Positions 18,648-27,121 of a DNA stretch of 58,382 bases are shown one piece after another. The notes below the pieces were generated by a model. The model was not told where the DNA came from and searched no databases. It worked only from the letters and a program-made list of their open reading frames with translations. The DNA is from a virus. Lineage: Duplodnaviria > Caudoviricetes. Within the stretch, counting starts at the first letter, position 1. Each line of letters begins with the position of its first letter. The translations under genes were made by a program, and so were the position numbers. The DNA lies in IMG/VR virus record IMGVR_UViG_3300036792_000539, positions 1-58,382 of that record. The stretch is one strand, 5' to 3'.

Positions 18648-19808
18648 CTAATCGTTGGTGATCAGGTACCGGAAGGTGCCGTTGCTGCCATACAGCCGGT
18701 CCGTCGGATCGTAGGCGTCTCCCGGGATATTGAACAGGTCATAGGCCTTAGAGACGTAAAGTGCCCAACCCCGATTGAACGTCTGGGCATAGCCGCCGGG
18801 GCCCTGCAATTGGGTCGGGCAATCGATATACTTCAGCTGACAATCCAGTTCGAGGCGCGGAAGGGCATTGCCCAGGGAATCCTCCCCGGGAGGGGTCATT
18901 GTAAAGAAGATCGAACCACCCTTGAAGCCGGCCGCGAATCCCTTATACCGTGCGCGGGTGACAAATTGCACCGCATCGGCCGCGAATAACGCGATTTCAT
19001 TCGCGCCAAAGGCATTAACGGTGGAGGAATCCCAGTACCATTTATACAGTTTCTCGAAGGCCGCCGTGTCGATACCGATGAAATCATTCCCGCCTTTGGC
19101 TAGTTGCTGCAGCACATAATTGTGCATGATCCCGTTGCCTACCATCAGCATTGGACCAGCATTTTCATTCTCCTTCCACTGCGTGAGGAGCTCTGTCATA
19201 CCGCTGGCCAGGTTGTTTTTGGTGGCGTCCAGCAGGATATTGACCGATACGGCGTTGTTGTTGCCCGATTGCGGGTTGACGCCGAAATTGGCCGCCAGCT
19301 TTTGGGTGAGATCGGCATTGATGTCATGGAAGACGCCATTGAGCATCTCCATTAGCCGGTCGAAAAACTCCTGCATGAAGGTCGTCGTGCTCTTAAAGCC
19401 CTCCACCTGTCCGGCCGTGTTGACCTTGGCGACACTGGTGGCTTCCGCCAGGTACTTCGACATCGTCGCGTCGTCAATGTAGAAGCCGATCTTCCGAAAG
19501 AGGGACAGGTTGACCGAGGCCTCCTTGTAAACGGGCACATTGTCAATGTTACAGTCATCGGTTGTGATCGTCTGACCTTGCGGAAGGCGGTTCCGGTACT
19601 TGATCTGCATCGCGCGAATATGACCGGTGCCGTCGTCGATTCCTTCATTGATGATGTTGGGAGCTTCCGTATTCTCGAGCAATGCGCGGAGAAAACCGGG
19701 AGGGGTTATTTTCTTAGAGGGGGCGTTTCCTTTGGCCACCTCCGTCAACTGGGTCAGGAGATAAGGCGCAAAGCCTAACCCGTTGTTAGTAGGATAAATG
19801 CCAGGCAT
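18648..19808 (-). CDS. Putative major capsid protein
   Basis: 386 aa, after the scaffold-like gene and followed by a hairpin; called on size and position. Confidence 0.65.
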   Translation of the reverse strand: MPGIYPTNNGLGFAPYLLTQLTEVAKGNAPSKKITPPGFLRALLENTEAPNIINEGIDDGTGHIRAMQIKYRNRLPQGQTITTDDCNIDNVPVYKEASVNLSLFRKIGFYIDDATMSKYLAEATSVAKVNTAGQVEGFKSTTTFMQEFFDRLMEMLNGVFHDINADLTQKLAANFGVNPQSGNNNAVSVNILLDATKNNLASGMTELLTQWKENENAGPMLMVGNGIMHNYVLQQLAKGGNDFIGIDTAAFEKLYKWYWDSSTVNAFGANEIALFAADAVQFVTRARYKGFAAGFKGGSIFFTMTPPGEDSLGNALPRLELDCQLKYIDCPTQLQGPGGYAQTFNRGWALYVSKAYDLFNIPGDAYDPTDRLYGSNGTFRYLITND

Positions 19809-19844
19809 GTGAAAAAGTTGAGAAGATTATCTCAGCTTCAGTAC

Positions 19845-20735
19845 CTATGCGTTAAAGCCGGATGTGGCAAGGGCTCCCAGGGATGCTTGATTGGCCTCGA
19901 GCAGCCGCGTGTTTACCTTTTTGTCGTCACCGGTAACAATGGTCTGTTGCTGATGCGAGGGATCACCAGTTTTTGACTGGTCGGTAACGGCGAGCAGTTT
20001 ATTGCTCGACAACACGCCGTCGAAAAATCCGTCGGCGTCCACTTTGTTGTGCTTCGAATCGTAGTAATCCGAACCATCTTGTTTCAAAACTCTTATGACG
20101 CCATCCTTATTGACGACCATCAGCCCTTCTTTGGCGAGAGCCTGATCGATCAAGGTTTTGGCCGTAATTATGCTAACTCCTTTGGGGAGCTCTTTGTTGG
20201 CGTAGTTCTTTCCTGCCAGGATGGCCTCGACCATGAGACCTGTTTCCCGAGCGGAAAAAGTTTTCTGGCGGTTGTCCAGCTCAGTTGTGTGACCTTCTTT
20301 GGTCAGGCGCAGCTGCTCCTGGAGCTCCTCGATCTGCTTTTGCAGCTGTCCCTTTTCGGTCTTACTGGTGGCATTGTCCTTTGCATCCCGTAGCTCAAGG
20401 AGCTTGTCGGTGAGCATCTCCATCTTTTTAACGGTAGATTTCTCACTTTCTATCGGCGCCCAGTCCGCATCCGGGATCTGCCGTTTTTGAGCGATCTTTT
20501 TGAGCGATGCGTCCATACCATCCGCCAAGGCGGCAAAAAAATGTCGCTTAAGATCCGGATGGCTCTTCGCACTATCCATCGTGAGCAGGGCGGTTTCAAT
20601 TTGATTAGCGACCGCGTCCGGCACTTCCGCAGCAAGGCTCAGCAGCCCGGCAAAATCGGCGCTTTTTGTCGCCAGATCATTAATGTCGACCCCGGCCTTC
20701 GTCGCTAAACTTTTGAAAAGCTCACCCAGTTTCAT
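19845..20735 (-). CDS. Putative capsid scaffolding protein
   Basis: Charged coiled-coil protein directly upstream of the capsid gene. Confidence 0.6.
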   Translation of the reverse strand: MKLGELFKSLATKAGVDINDLATKSADFAGLLSLAAEVPDAVANQIETALLTMDSAKSHPDLKRHFFAALADGMDASLKKIAQKRQIPDADWAPIESEKSTVKKMEMLTDKLLELRDAKDNATSKTEKGQLQKQIEELQEQLRLTKEGHTTELDNRQKTFSARETGLMVEAILAGKNYANKELPKGVSIITAKTLIDQALAKEGLMVVNKDGVIRVLKQDGSDYYDSKHNKVDADGFFDGVLSSNKLLAVTDQSKTGDPSHQQQTIVTGDDKKVNTRLLEANQASLGALATSGFNA

Positions 20736-20761
20736 GTATGATAGTTAAAAAGTATCGACCC

Positions 20762-21175
20762 TTATTCCTCCCCTTCTCCTTCACCATCCCCGTCCTGCAG
20801 ATCATCCCCCTTTCCGTCCGTCCTTCCTTTTGCGCCCGGCACTTTCTTAGTCAATTGCTTCTGCAGCGCCTCGATCTGAGCCTTCAGTGCCTCATTTTCC
20901 GAATTCAAGGCCGCGTTCTGACTATCGACCGGCGAGAGATTCTCATAGAGCGTTTCCAGATGCTCGACTTCTTCAAATTCCTGCGACCCTTTTACTTTGC
21001 CGGGAATGAACCTGCCTTTCACAATCTTCACCGATTTCGGTTTATCGGCGGCGCCTACATTGGCGGCCTGCTCGATATGGAATTTTCGGCTATGCCGATT
21101 ATCCGGGACAATATGGATCTTGTCCTTGCGGTCCGTAATCTTCAAATATTGCTTAGCGGGATTCTTCGAAGCCAT
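20762..21175 (-). CDS. Hypothetical protein with coiled coil and acidic tail
   Basis: First gene after the divergent promoter region. Confidence 0.65.
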   Translation of the reverse strand: MASKNPAKQYLKITDRKDKIHIVPDNRHSRKFHIEQAANVGAADKPKSVKIVKGRFIPGKVKGSQEFEEVEHLETLYENLSPVDSQNAALNSENEALKAQIEALQKQLTKKVPGAKGRTDGKGDDLQDGDGEGEGEE

Positions 21176-21195
21176 AGAATTTTTCTTGTCGAGAC

Positions 21196-21265
21196 CAAAT
21201 GTAGATTCTTTGGGTATTATTTTCCAACCGAAAGTTTGCTTCTTTCAAAGAAACCGATAGTTTTG
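21196..21265. promoter_or_regulatory. Divergent Bacteroidota-type promoters
   Basis: Minus strand: TACATTTG at 21203-21196. Plus strand: TTTG (21235-21238), 19-bp spacer, TAGTTTTG (21258-21265). Confidence 0.6.
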
Positions 21266-21280
21266 GTGCAAAATCCACCA

Positions 21281-21724
21281 ATGACACCTATTAAGAGCGG
21301 CCCGCGGTCGCTATCTTTGAAAAACGTCCCGGACGACGTTTTCGAACTGCTGGTCCACGAGCAAACCCGCATCAAGCTTGAAAAAAGAACGGGTAAATTC
21401 GGTATCGAGCAGGTCGTCTATAAGCTCCTGCGGGCCCTAAACAAAATCTCCGGCATGAAAAGAAGGCCTTACGATCACGATCACATGTGCTATTTCGCCA
21501 GGTATGTCCTGCAGCGATGCAAAGCCAGCGAAACTCTTTCTATCTATGGCAGCGGCAGCGAGAGTATTTCTCTGCAGACACTTAATTCTCTTCTTCACGA
21601 ATGGAAGCGCGATCACCCCAATGAATATGAGGAAGAAAAATCAATGGTCATAGGAATAGGCAAAACCCCAGCAGACGTGCTGGGGTTGAAAGGTCCCAAG
21701 AACGAGCCGCCGTCAGCCAGCTAA
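21281..21724 (+). CDS. Putative ribbon-helix-helix DNA-binding protein
   Basis: From ATG 21281, RSLSLKNVPDDVFELL resembles an RHH strand-helix; it has its own promoter. The upstream part of ORF 20738 is an antisense shadow. Confidence 0.5.
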   Translation: MTPIKSGPRSLSLKNVPDDVFELLVHEQTRIKLEKRTGKFGIEQVVYKLLRALNKISGMKRRPYDHDHMCYFARYVLQRCKASETLSIYGSGSESISLQTLNSLLHEWKRDHPNEYEEEKSMVIGIGKTPADVLGLKGPKNEPPSAS

Positions 21725-22261
21725 CGGTACCCGGTACAAAAAGCAGCTGGGCAGGATCTCCGCCTCGGGCAGGATCTCGTCAACCGCCTTGCGCACGGCG
21801 TCGAAATAGATATCGTGGCCGGCCAGCACTCCGCCCGGCTTTATAAGCGGCTTGTAATTTTCCAGGTCGGCCTTGACGTAGAGATAGGTATGATTCGCAT
21901 CCACAAAGGCGAAATCCAGCGAAATCTCCCTTTCCCTGAAATAGGCAGCTGCCTCCGCCGTCGACATCTGCAAGGGCGTAATAAACTCGGATACGCCGCA
22001 CAAATTCATATTGTGCCAGAAACGCTGAAAGATATCCTCATTCACATCGGCGTGGTCATTGTCGACAGTCTTTTTCCACAAATCCACCGCATAAAAGTGA
22101 ACCTTTTTGCCGCTATCCTTGATAAGGCCGGCCATATAGGCGGCCGACTGGCCGAGGTAGACGCCGAGCTCGACCAGGACATCGCCGTCCTTGGCGCGGT
22201 CTACGGCGTCGCGATACAACTGCTGGTAATCAAACCAGCCGGGAATGTCACTCCATTTCAT
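21713..22261 (-). CDS. Class I SAM-dependent methyltransferase (Methyltransf_24-like)
   Basis: VELGVYLGQS, AVDLW, DFAFVDANHTY and KPGGVLAGHD motifs; start at MKWSDIPGWFDY. Confidence 0.9.
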   Translation of the reverse strand: MKWSDIPGWFDYQQLYRDAVDRAKDGDVLVELGVYLGQSAAYMAGLIKDSGKKVHFYAVDLWKKTVDNDHADVNEDIFQRFWHNMNLCGVSEFITPLQMSTAEAAAYFREREISLDFAFVDANHTYLYVKADLENYKPLIKPGGVLAGHDIYFDAVRKAVDEILPEAEILPSCFLYRVPLAG

Positions 22262-22262
22262 G

Positions 22263-22886
22263 TTACTTGAATTTATTGTTGGTAATAGAAAACAGGTTAT
22301 GTGCCGCGGCCGGCTGATGGGTATTGTCACTGTAGCTCGGCCGCTGATCGAAGACCATAGGCGTCACGACATAGGCTGCCCGGATCGGCTGTACAACGGA
22401 TCGCAGGTACTCGTCGATGGGGGTCCGGGATCCGCAGGTTACCATACCTCCGAATTCATCGAGGATCCGCCTCATGCCCTGCTGGCTGAGGCCATAGGCA
22501 TGGCAACAGACGACATTCTTGGCGACGTGCAGGTGTTCCGCCACGCGGTCAGTGTTGATCTCGTCAGGAAACACCAGGCCGCCAAGGTAGACTACTTCCC
22601 AGCCGCGCGGCAAGGACTCCAGCGCTTCGGCGACATGGTCCATATCCCCTTTGGCGCAAAAGTCATCCTCGAGGATGAAGAGATTGGACAAGTGCCGGTT
22701 TTTTCGGATCGCGGAAAGATGGGAGAGTGAACAGCCGTAAGGACCGTGCGGATGTGCGATCGCTGGTATCCGCTCAGCCTCAAAACCCAGCGTTTTGAAT
22801 TCCTGCTGGCATTCCGCCCACCGGTCCGTCCGGCGATCGAGGTTAATGCAAACGATTTTCTCAAAGAAAGAAAGCGATGTATTCAT
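22263..22886 (-). CDS. Glycosyltransferase family 25-like protein
   Basis: CINLDRRTDRW, GCSLSH, ILEDD, VVYLG and PIDEY motifs. Confidence 0.88.
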   Translation of the reverse strand: MNTSLSFFEKIVCINLDRRTDRWAECQQEFKTLGFEAERIPAIAHPHGPYGCSLSHLSAIRKNRHLSNLFILEDDFCAKGDMDHVAEALESLPRGWEVVYLGGLVFPDEINTDRVAEHLHVAKNVVCCHAYGLSQQGMRRILDEFGGMVTCGSRTPIDEYLRSVVQPIRAAYVVTPMVFDQRPSYSDNTHQPAAAHNLFSITNNKFK

Positions 22887-24328
22887 ATAGTTATTTTTGT
22901 TCGGACCATGGGCGGAACGGCTGACGTCGCCACCGCGATCAGCTGGTGACCGCAATTGTATCCGCCGCGGTAAATGGGAAAATTATATTTATTCGTACCT
23001 GGAATCATCCCCTGCGGCAGGTTCGTCCGCTTATCAATTTTGCCTCCCTGTTCTTTGAACTCCGGGAAATCCCCTTCGATCACCGCCTCAAATTCCGATT
23101 TATGGACATATTTTTTTTGTATCAAGGCTTTGCAGAGTGGGCGGCTTGTCTTGATGAGGGAGCCGACATATTGAAACCACTCCAGCCCCAGATCGTCGGT
23201 CACCACTTGATTGTACTGCGCCGAGAACTGGTTTAATGCATCCGTGGTGATCTGTTGGGTATACCTGACCATGGCGCCGCCCATACCAGGCGTTCCAACT
23301 ATATAATCCCTCATCTGGCTCATCAGCTGTGGGAAGTCGCCGCCCGTCGTGATATTCGTGCGGAGGATATCCTGCACCCCGCTCATCACGCTTGCGTGCA
23401 GGCCGGCCGCGGTAAGGCCGTCGATCGTGGCTTCAATTGCTTGGGTTTTAACCACCTCCAGGACCTTCGGAGGCGTAAATTCGGCCGCCACCGTGCTGAA
23501 ATATTTGTTCTGCAGTTTGGCGACGGCCGCAAAGGCGTCGGCGAATTCCTCCACCTTTTTCACATAAGGATCGGAGATGATGACCTTCTCCAGATCCGCC
23601 CGCAGCTGCCCGATCGCCTTGACGTTTTTTACCGTCGCCGATAGGCGCCCATTCTTGAGGTCGAGCTCTTTTACCAACCGGACAATTTCATTATAGGCGT
23701 CCTGCTGAATCGCGGGGATCGCCTCCTGGAAGGAATCGACTGCCTTTTGGATCGTCGAAAGAAGCTCGTCTATAGTCTCCTGCCCCTTAGCCGAATTGAA
23801 AGAATCGGTTGATTTTTGGTCCTCGTTGGGTTGCGCGTCTTGCTTTTTAGCTTCACTATCAGCTTGCTGATGGGGTTGCTTTTCGGGCTTTGCGGGCTTT
23901 TCGGGTTGGTCCGGCTGTTTTTCCGCAGGAGTATCTTGTTTGGCGGCGTCTGGCTTCCGGGAACGATCATTCGGATATTTTTCATCATACTCCTTTAGAA
24001 CCTTGTTTCCAGCGTTTTCCGCGCGTTTAGACCCCTTTATCGTGCCAGCAACCTGATCGAGATCGCGCTGTAACCGATCTTTTACGCGCTGTTCGATATC
24101 TGGGTCGGGAATGCCCTTCTCTAGGTTTTCCCGGGCTATTTCAATGGAAGTCTGCAAAGAAGATAGGGCTTCCACTCTATTTTTTACCAGATACCACGCA
24201 TCTATCACCTCTATAACATCGCCGTCATTCTTATAGCCGTTAACAGAGCGGATCTGGTCTGCCTTTGCCTGCAGCTTATCCCTCAGCACGGAAAGTCGTG
24301 TAATGGTATCCTGTAAAATGTCGCTCAT
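22883..24328 (-). CDS. Minor head / head morphogenesis protein
   Basis: C-terminal WFQYVGSLIKTSRPLC...RGGYNCGH motif; follows the portal gene. Confidence 0.75.
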   Translation of the reverse strand: MSDILQDTITRLSVLRDKLQAKADQIRSVNGYKNDGDVIEVIDAWYLVKNRVEALSSLQTSIEIARENLEKGIPDPDIEQRVKDRLQRDLDQVAGTIKGSKRAENAGNKVLKEYDEKYPNDRSRKPDAAKQDTPAEKQPDQPEKPAKPEKQPHQQADSEAKKQDAQPNEDQKSTDSFNSAKGQETIDELLSTIQKAVDSFQEAIPAIQQDAYNEIVRLVKELDLKNGRLSATVKNVKAIGQLRADLEKVIISDPYVKKVEEFADAFAAVAKLQNKYFSTVAAEFTPPKVLEVVKTQAIEATIDGLTAAGLHASVMSGVQDILRTNITTGGDFPQLMSQMRDYIVGTPGMGGAMVRYTQQITTDALNQFSAQYNQVVTDDLGLEWFQYVGSLIKTSRPLCKALIQKKYVHKSEFEAVIEGDFPEFKEQGGKIDKRTNLPQGMIPGTNKYNFPIYRGGYNCGHQLIAVATSAVPPMVRTKITI

Positions 24329-26229
24329 TTATTAGCGTTTGTTGGATCCGTGTTGGGTGTCTCGTCAATTCCGGGCTTCTGCTTGGGGCCTGTATCATCC
24401 GCATTGCCGGTCTTTTGATCCTGGTTGCCGGAATTGTCGAGCTCATCCTGATTCGGATCGGTGACCGGTGCGCCTATGGCTTTTTGAGCCATCTTGAGCT
24501 TCAGCTGCGCCGCCTGATCATTGGCGTCGATGACCTCCTGGGCATATTTTTCGAGCACATCCCGCTGATCGCCATAATCCAGCGCGACGAACTTTTCATC
24601 CTCGTCTATGGCGCGACGGACAAACTGGTGAATATTGCAGCTCACGACGTAGTCTATCTTCGAGATGCCACCATTCTGCATCCGGGTCATTTTGTCATCA
24701 TCCGCGATCTCAGGGAAGGGATCGAGAAGTAGCGTCAACCGGACAAGGGCCTGTACGTCGGGCTCTCCGCTGAAGCGCTTGGTGGCGAATTCCACCTCCA
24801 TCTCCGTCACGATTGACGGATCCACCTTTCCGGTTTTGGCGTCTTGTATATCGCCAATCATGCTGTTGGACGACAGCAAATCAAACTTCAGGGGTACTGA
24901 AAAGGTCGGCACGAGGCCCTTCCGTTTCGATTCATTCGGGACAATGATCCGGTACCGGTAGTCTATTCCTATTTTTTCGATCTCCCGCATGATGCCGACA
25001 ATATCGCTGGCGACCGAATTGACGAAGATATTCAGCTCATCGCGGTCGACCTCCTTGGCCGTACCGGATTCGCTGAGCGGCGTATCTTGAAGGAACTCCA
25101 TGTTAATTGCGGAGAGGGCTTTATAGATGTGCGCGTCGACCCGGTCATCCTGGATTTTCACAATTTCTGTATCCTTGGATACATAGCCCATGGGCGGCGT
25201 GGGGACCTGCTGCTCCCCTAACTGGGCCGGCCGGATTACCTGGTGCGCGTAAGGCGAGGTATTAATCTTGCCTTGCCCTTTGCAGACCTCGCAGACAACC
25301 GTTCGGCCCTCCCGGCCCGGCAACTGCCCGAGGCCTTTACATTCCTGGCAGTCCTGAGTAGCATATACCCACATCGTGGAGTGGATATGTTGGACTACCT
25401 CCGCCTGCAGATCGGAATACTCCCGCACTGCCTCATTCAGGCCCGGAACAATGGATGCGATCCTGCTTTTCCACATGATGGTCTTGTCTAGGGCTTTCTT
25501 AAAAATGCCCTTTGCCCGGAAGGCTGGCATATAACCAAGGTTATGAACATAATTGACCACCAACTCTTTATCGCCCTTCGCGTTGACCTGATCATAACGC
25601 TGGATCACTTTGTCTGTGACGACGTAGTAGATATCGCCGTCGTTTTTGATGGTTGTTCCCACCTTATAGTTCGCCTTATCCGTAGAATAAAGGACGCAAA
25701 AAGACTCCTCTTCGTAGTCATAGACCAGGTTGCTGTTGAAGATCACCGGGAAAGGCCTGAGGTAAGTATTTTCCGGAAGATCCGTCTCCAGCGGCAGCAC
25801 CACGATAACTGCATTGGCGTCGATCAGGTAATTTTTCAGCCCGACATTGAACATCCAATCGGTGAGCGATTTGAAATAGGGGAATTGCGATTCAAAATAC
25901 ACCTCTGGCGTTTCCTCTTTCGCAATTGCCGGCGGCACATCCGTCTGGTCATATTTAATCCCCCAGTCCGAGGCTTTGCGGATTTTACCCAGGGAGGTTA
26001 GGATCTTGGAAAACGTGCCTTCCGTGATGGGTTCATAGATCTTTTGCCGATAGGCGTGGATCTCCATCGATTCGGCCGGCCGCCGTTCTTTGATCAGCTT
26101 ATGGGGAAACTCCCCGTCGGCATGGGTTCTGAGCGCATCATACAGCGCGACACTATCGTCATAGCACTTCCAGCGCTTGGGATTTGCCTTCTTCGTATAC
26201 TCCTTGAGTTGTGCGGGCGTGATCTCCAT
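24325..26229 (-). CDS. Putative portal protein with CxxCxGxG zinc-finger insertion
   Basis: 634 aa, helical; ESGTAKEVDR motif, acidic tail, upstream of the minor head gene; contains CQECKGLG...CEVCKGQG. Confidence 0.75.
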   Translation of the reverse strand: MEITPAQLKEYTKKANPKRWKCYDDSVALYDALRTHADGEFPHKLIKERRPAESMEIHAYRQKIYEPITEGTFSKILTSLGKIRKASDWGIKYDQTDVPPAIAKEETPEVYFESQFPYFKSLTDWMFNVGLKNYLIDANAVIVVLPLETDLPENTYLRPFPVIFNSNLVYDYEEESFCVLYSTDKANYKVGTTIKNDGDIYYVVTDKVIQRYDQVNAKGDKELVVNYVHNLGYMPAFRAKGIFKKALDKTIMWKSRIASIVPGLNEAVREYSDLQAEVVQHIHSTMWVYATQDCQECKGLGQLPGREGRTVVCEVCKGQGKINTSPYAHQVIRPAQLGEQQVPTPPMGYVSKDTEIVKIQDDRVDAHIYKALSAINMEFLQDTPLSESGTAKEVDRDELNIFVNSVASDIVGIMREIEKIGIDYRYRIIVPNESKRKGLVPTFSVPLKFDLLSSNSMIGDIQDAKTGKVDPSIVTEMEVEFATKRFSGEPDVQALVRLTLLLDPFPEIADDDKMTRMQNGGISKIDYVVSCNIHQFVRRAIDEDEKFVALDYGDQRDVLEKYAQEVIDANDQAAQLKLKMAQKAIGAPVTDPNQDELDNSGNQDQKTGNADDTGPKQKPGIDETPNTDPTNANK

Positions 26230-26232
26230 AAC

Positions 26233-27120
26233 TTAAATTTTCTCCCGTTCCGGGATAAAGTCTTTTTTGTTTTTCCAGACATACGGCGCCCGGAGTCCCA
26301 GCTTCCGGTAGGCGTATGCTGCCTGTCGATTGTATATGTTCTCCTGGAAGAGTGGCGTCGAATTGCCTCCCAGAGAATAGGTGAAATAGTCTTGTTTCAG
26401 CTCGAACGGGAACTTCCCTGACTTTTCCTGCTCCCGGTAATACCAATAGGTCGGGAAATAGGGCTCTTTGTGCGGGTAGAGGCTATGAGTAGCCATGGCG
26501 ATGCAAAATGCCAGCTCCTCGGTTATTGGCTGACCTGCAAATTTCACCGTCGCGCACCTCGGCGGCTGGATAAAAACGTCCCGCGCAGTGTTGAAAAACG
26601 CGTCGGAGAATTCGTTTTTTTCAAAATAGAACCATTCCGCGTAGATCTTGTAAAACTTACGGCTTTGGATTTTGTACGCCGCGGCGATGGCGTGGATATC
26701 TCCCCAGAGGCTCATATTCTGGTCCGCATGCTCATTGGTGATCGTATACCCATTGTTACAGATCGTGAAGGGCCTGCCTTCGAGCTCGTCAAAGACCGTT
26801 TCCGGATCGTTGCCCTGGATCCACAGCTGATCTCCATCGAGGGAAAGCGTCCGGTCGAACGGCGAAAGGATATCGAGATATACCCTCGGCATGAGCGGCG
26901 AGAACGTTCCATCCGCGGCAGTATAATAGAGGGGATCCAGCTCCATCACGAGGGTAAAGAGCTTTCTTTCTTCCGCATTAAGATGCCTGGCGCCGGCATG
27001 ATTGGTTAGCAGGGCGATAGGAAGCTTCCTATTCATGCAGCGGATGAGCGCGACCAGAACGGCCGCCATGCGACCGTAATTGGGATGCCCGAGGGCCAGT
27101 ATGACGATTCCTTTTTCCAT
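26233..27120 (-). CDS. GT-A fold glycosyltransferase-like protein
   Basis: GIVILALG...YGRMA and SPFDRTLSLDGD (DxD) pattern. Confidence 0.65.
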   Translation of the reverse strand: MEKGIVILALGHPNYGRMAAVLVALIRCMNRKLPIALLTNHAGARHLNAEERKLFTLVMELDPLYYTAADGTFSPLMPRVYLDILSPFDRTLSLDGDQLWIQGNDPETVFDELEGRPFTICNNGYTITNEHADQNMSLWGDIHAIAAAYKIQSRKFYKIYAEWFYFEKNEFSDAFFNTARDVFIQPPRCATVKFAGQPITEELAFCIAMATHSLYPHKEPYFPTYWYYREQEKSGKFPFELKQDYFTYSLGGNSTPLFQENIYNRQAAYAYRKLGLRAPYVWKNKKDFIPEREKI

Positions 27121-27121
27121 G

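Noticed and set aside
20738-21280. N-terminal part of the 328-aa plus-strand ORF
   Set aside because: It overlaps a minus-strand gene and the promoter region; the plausible start is 21281.
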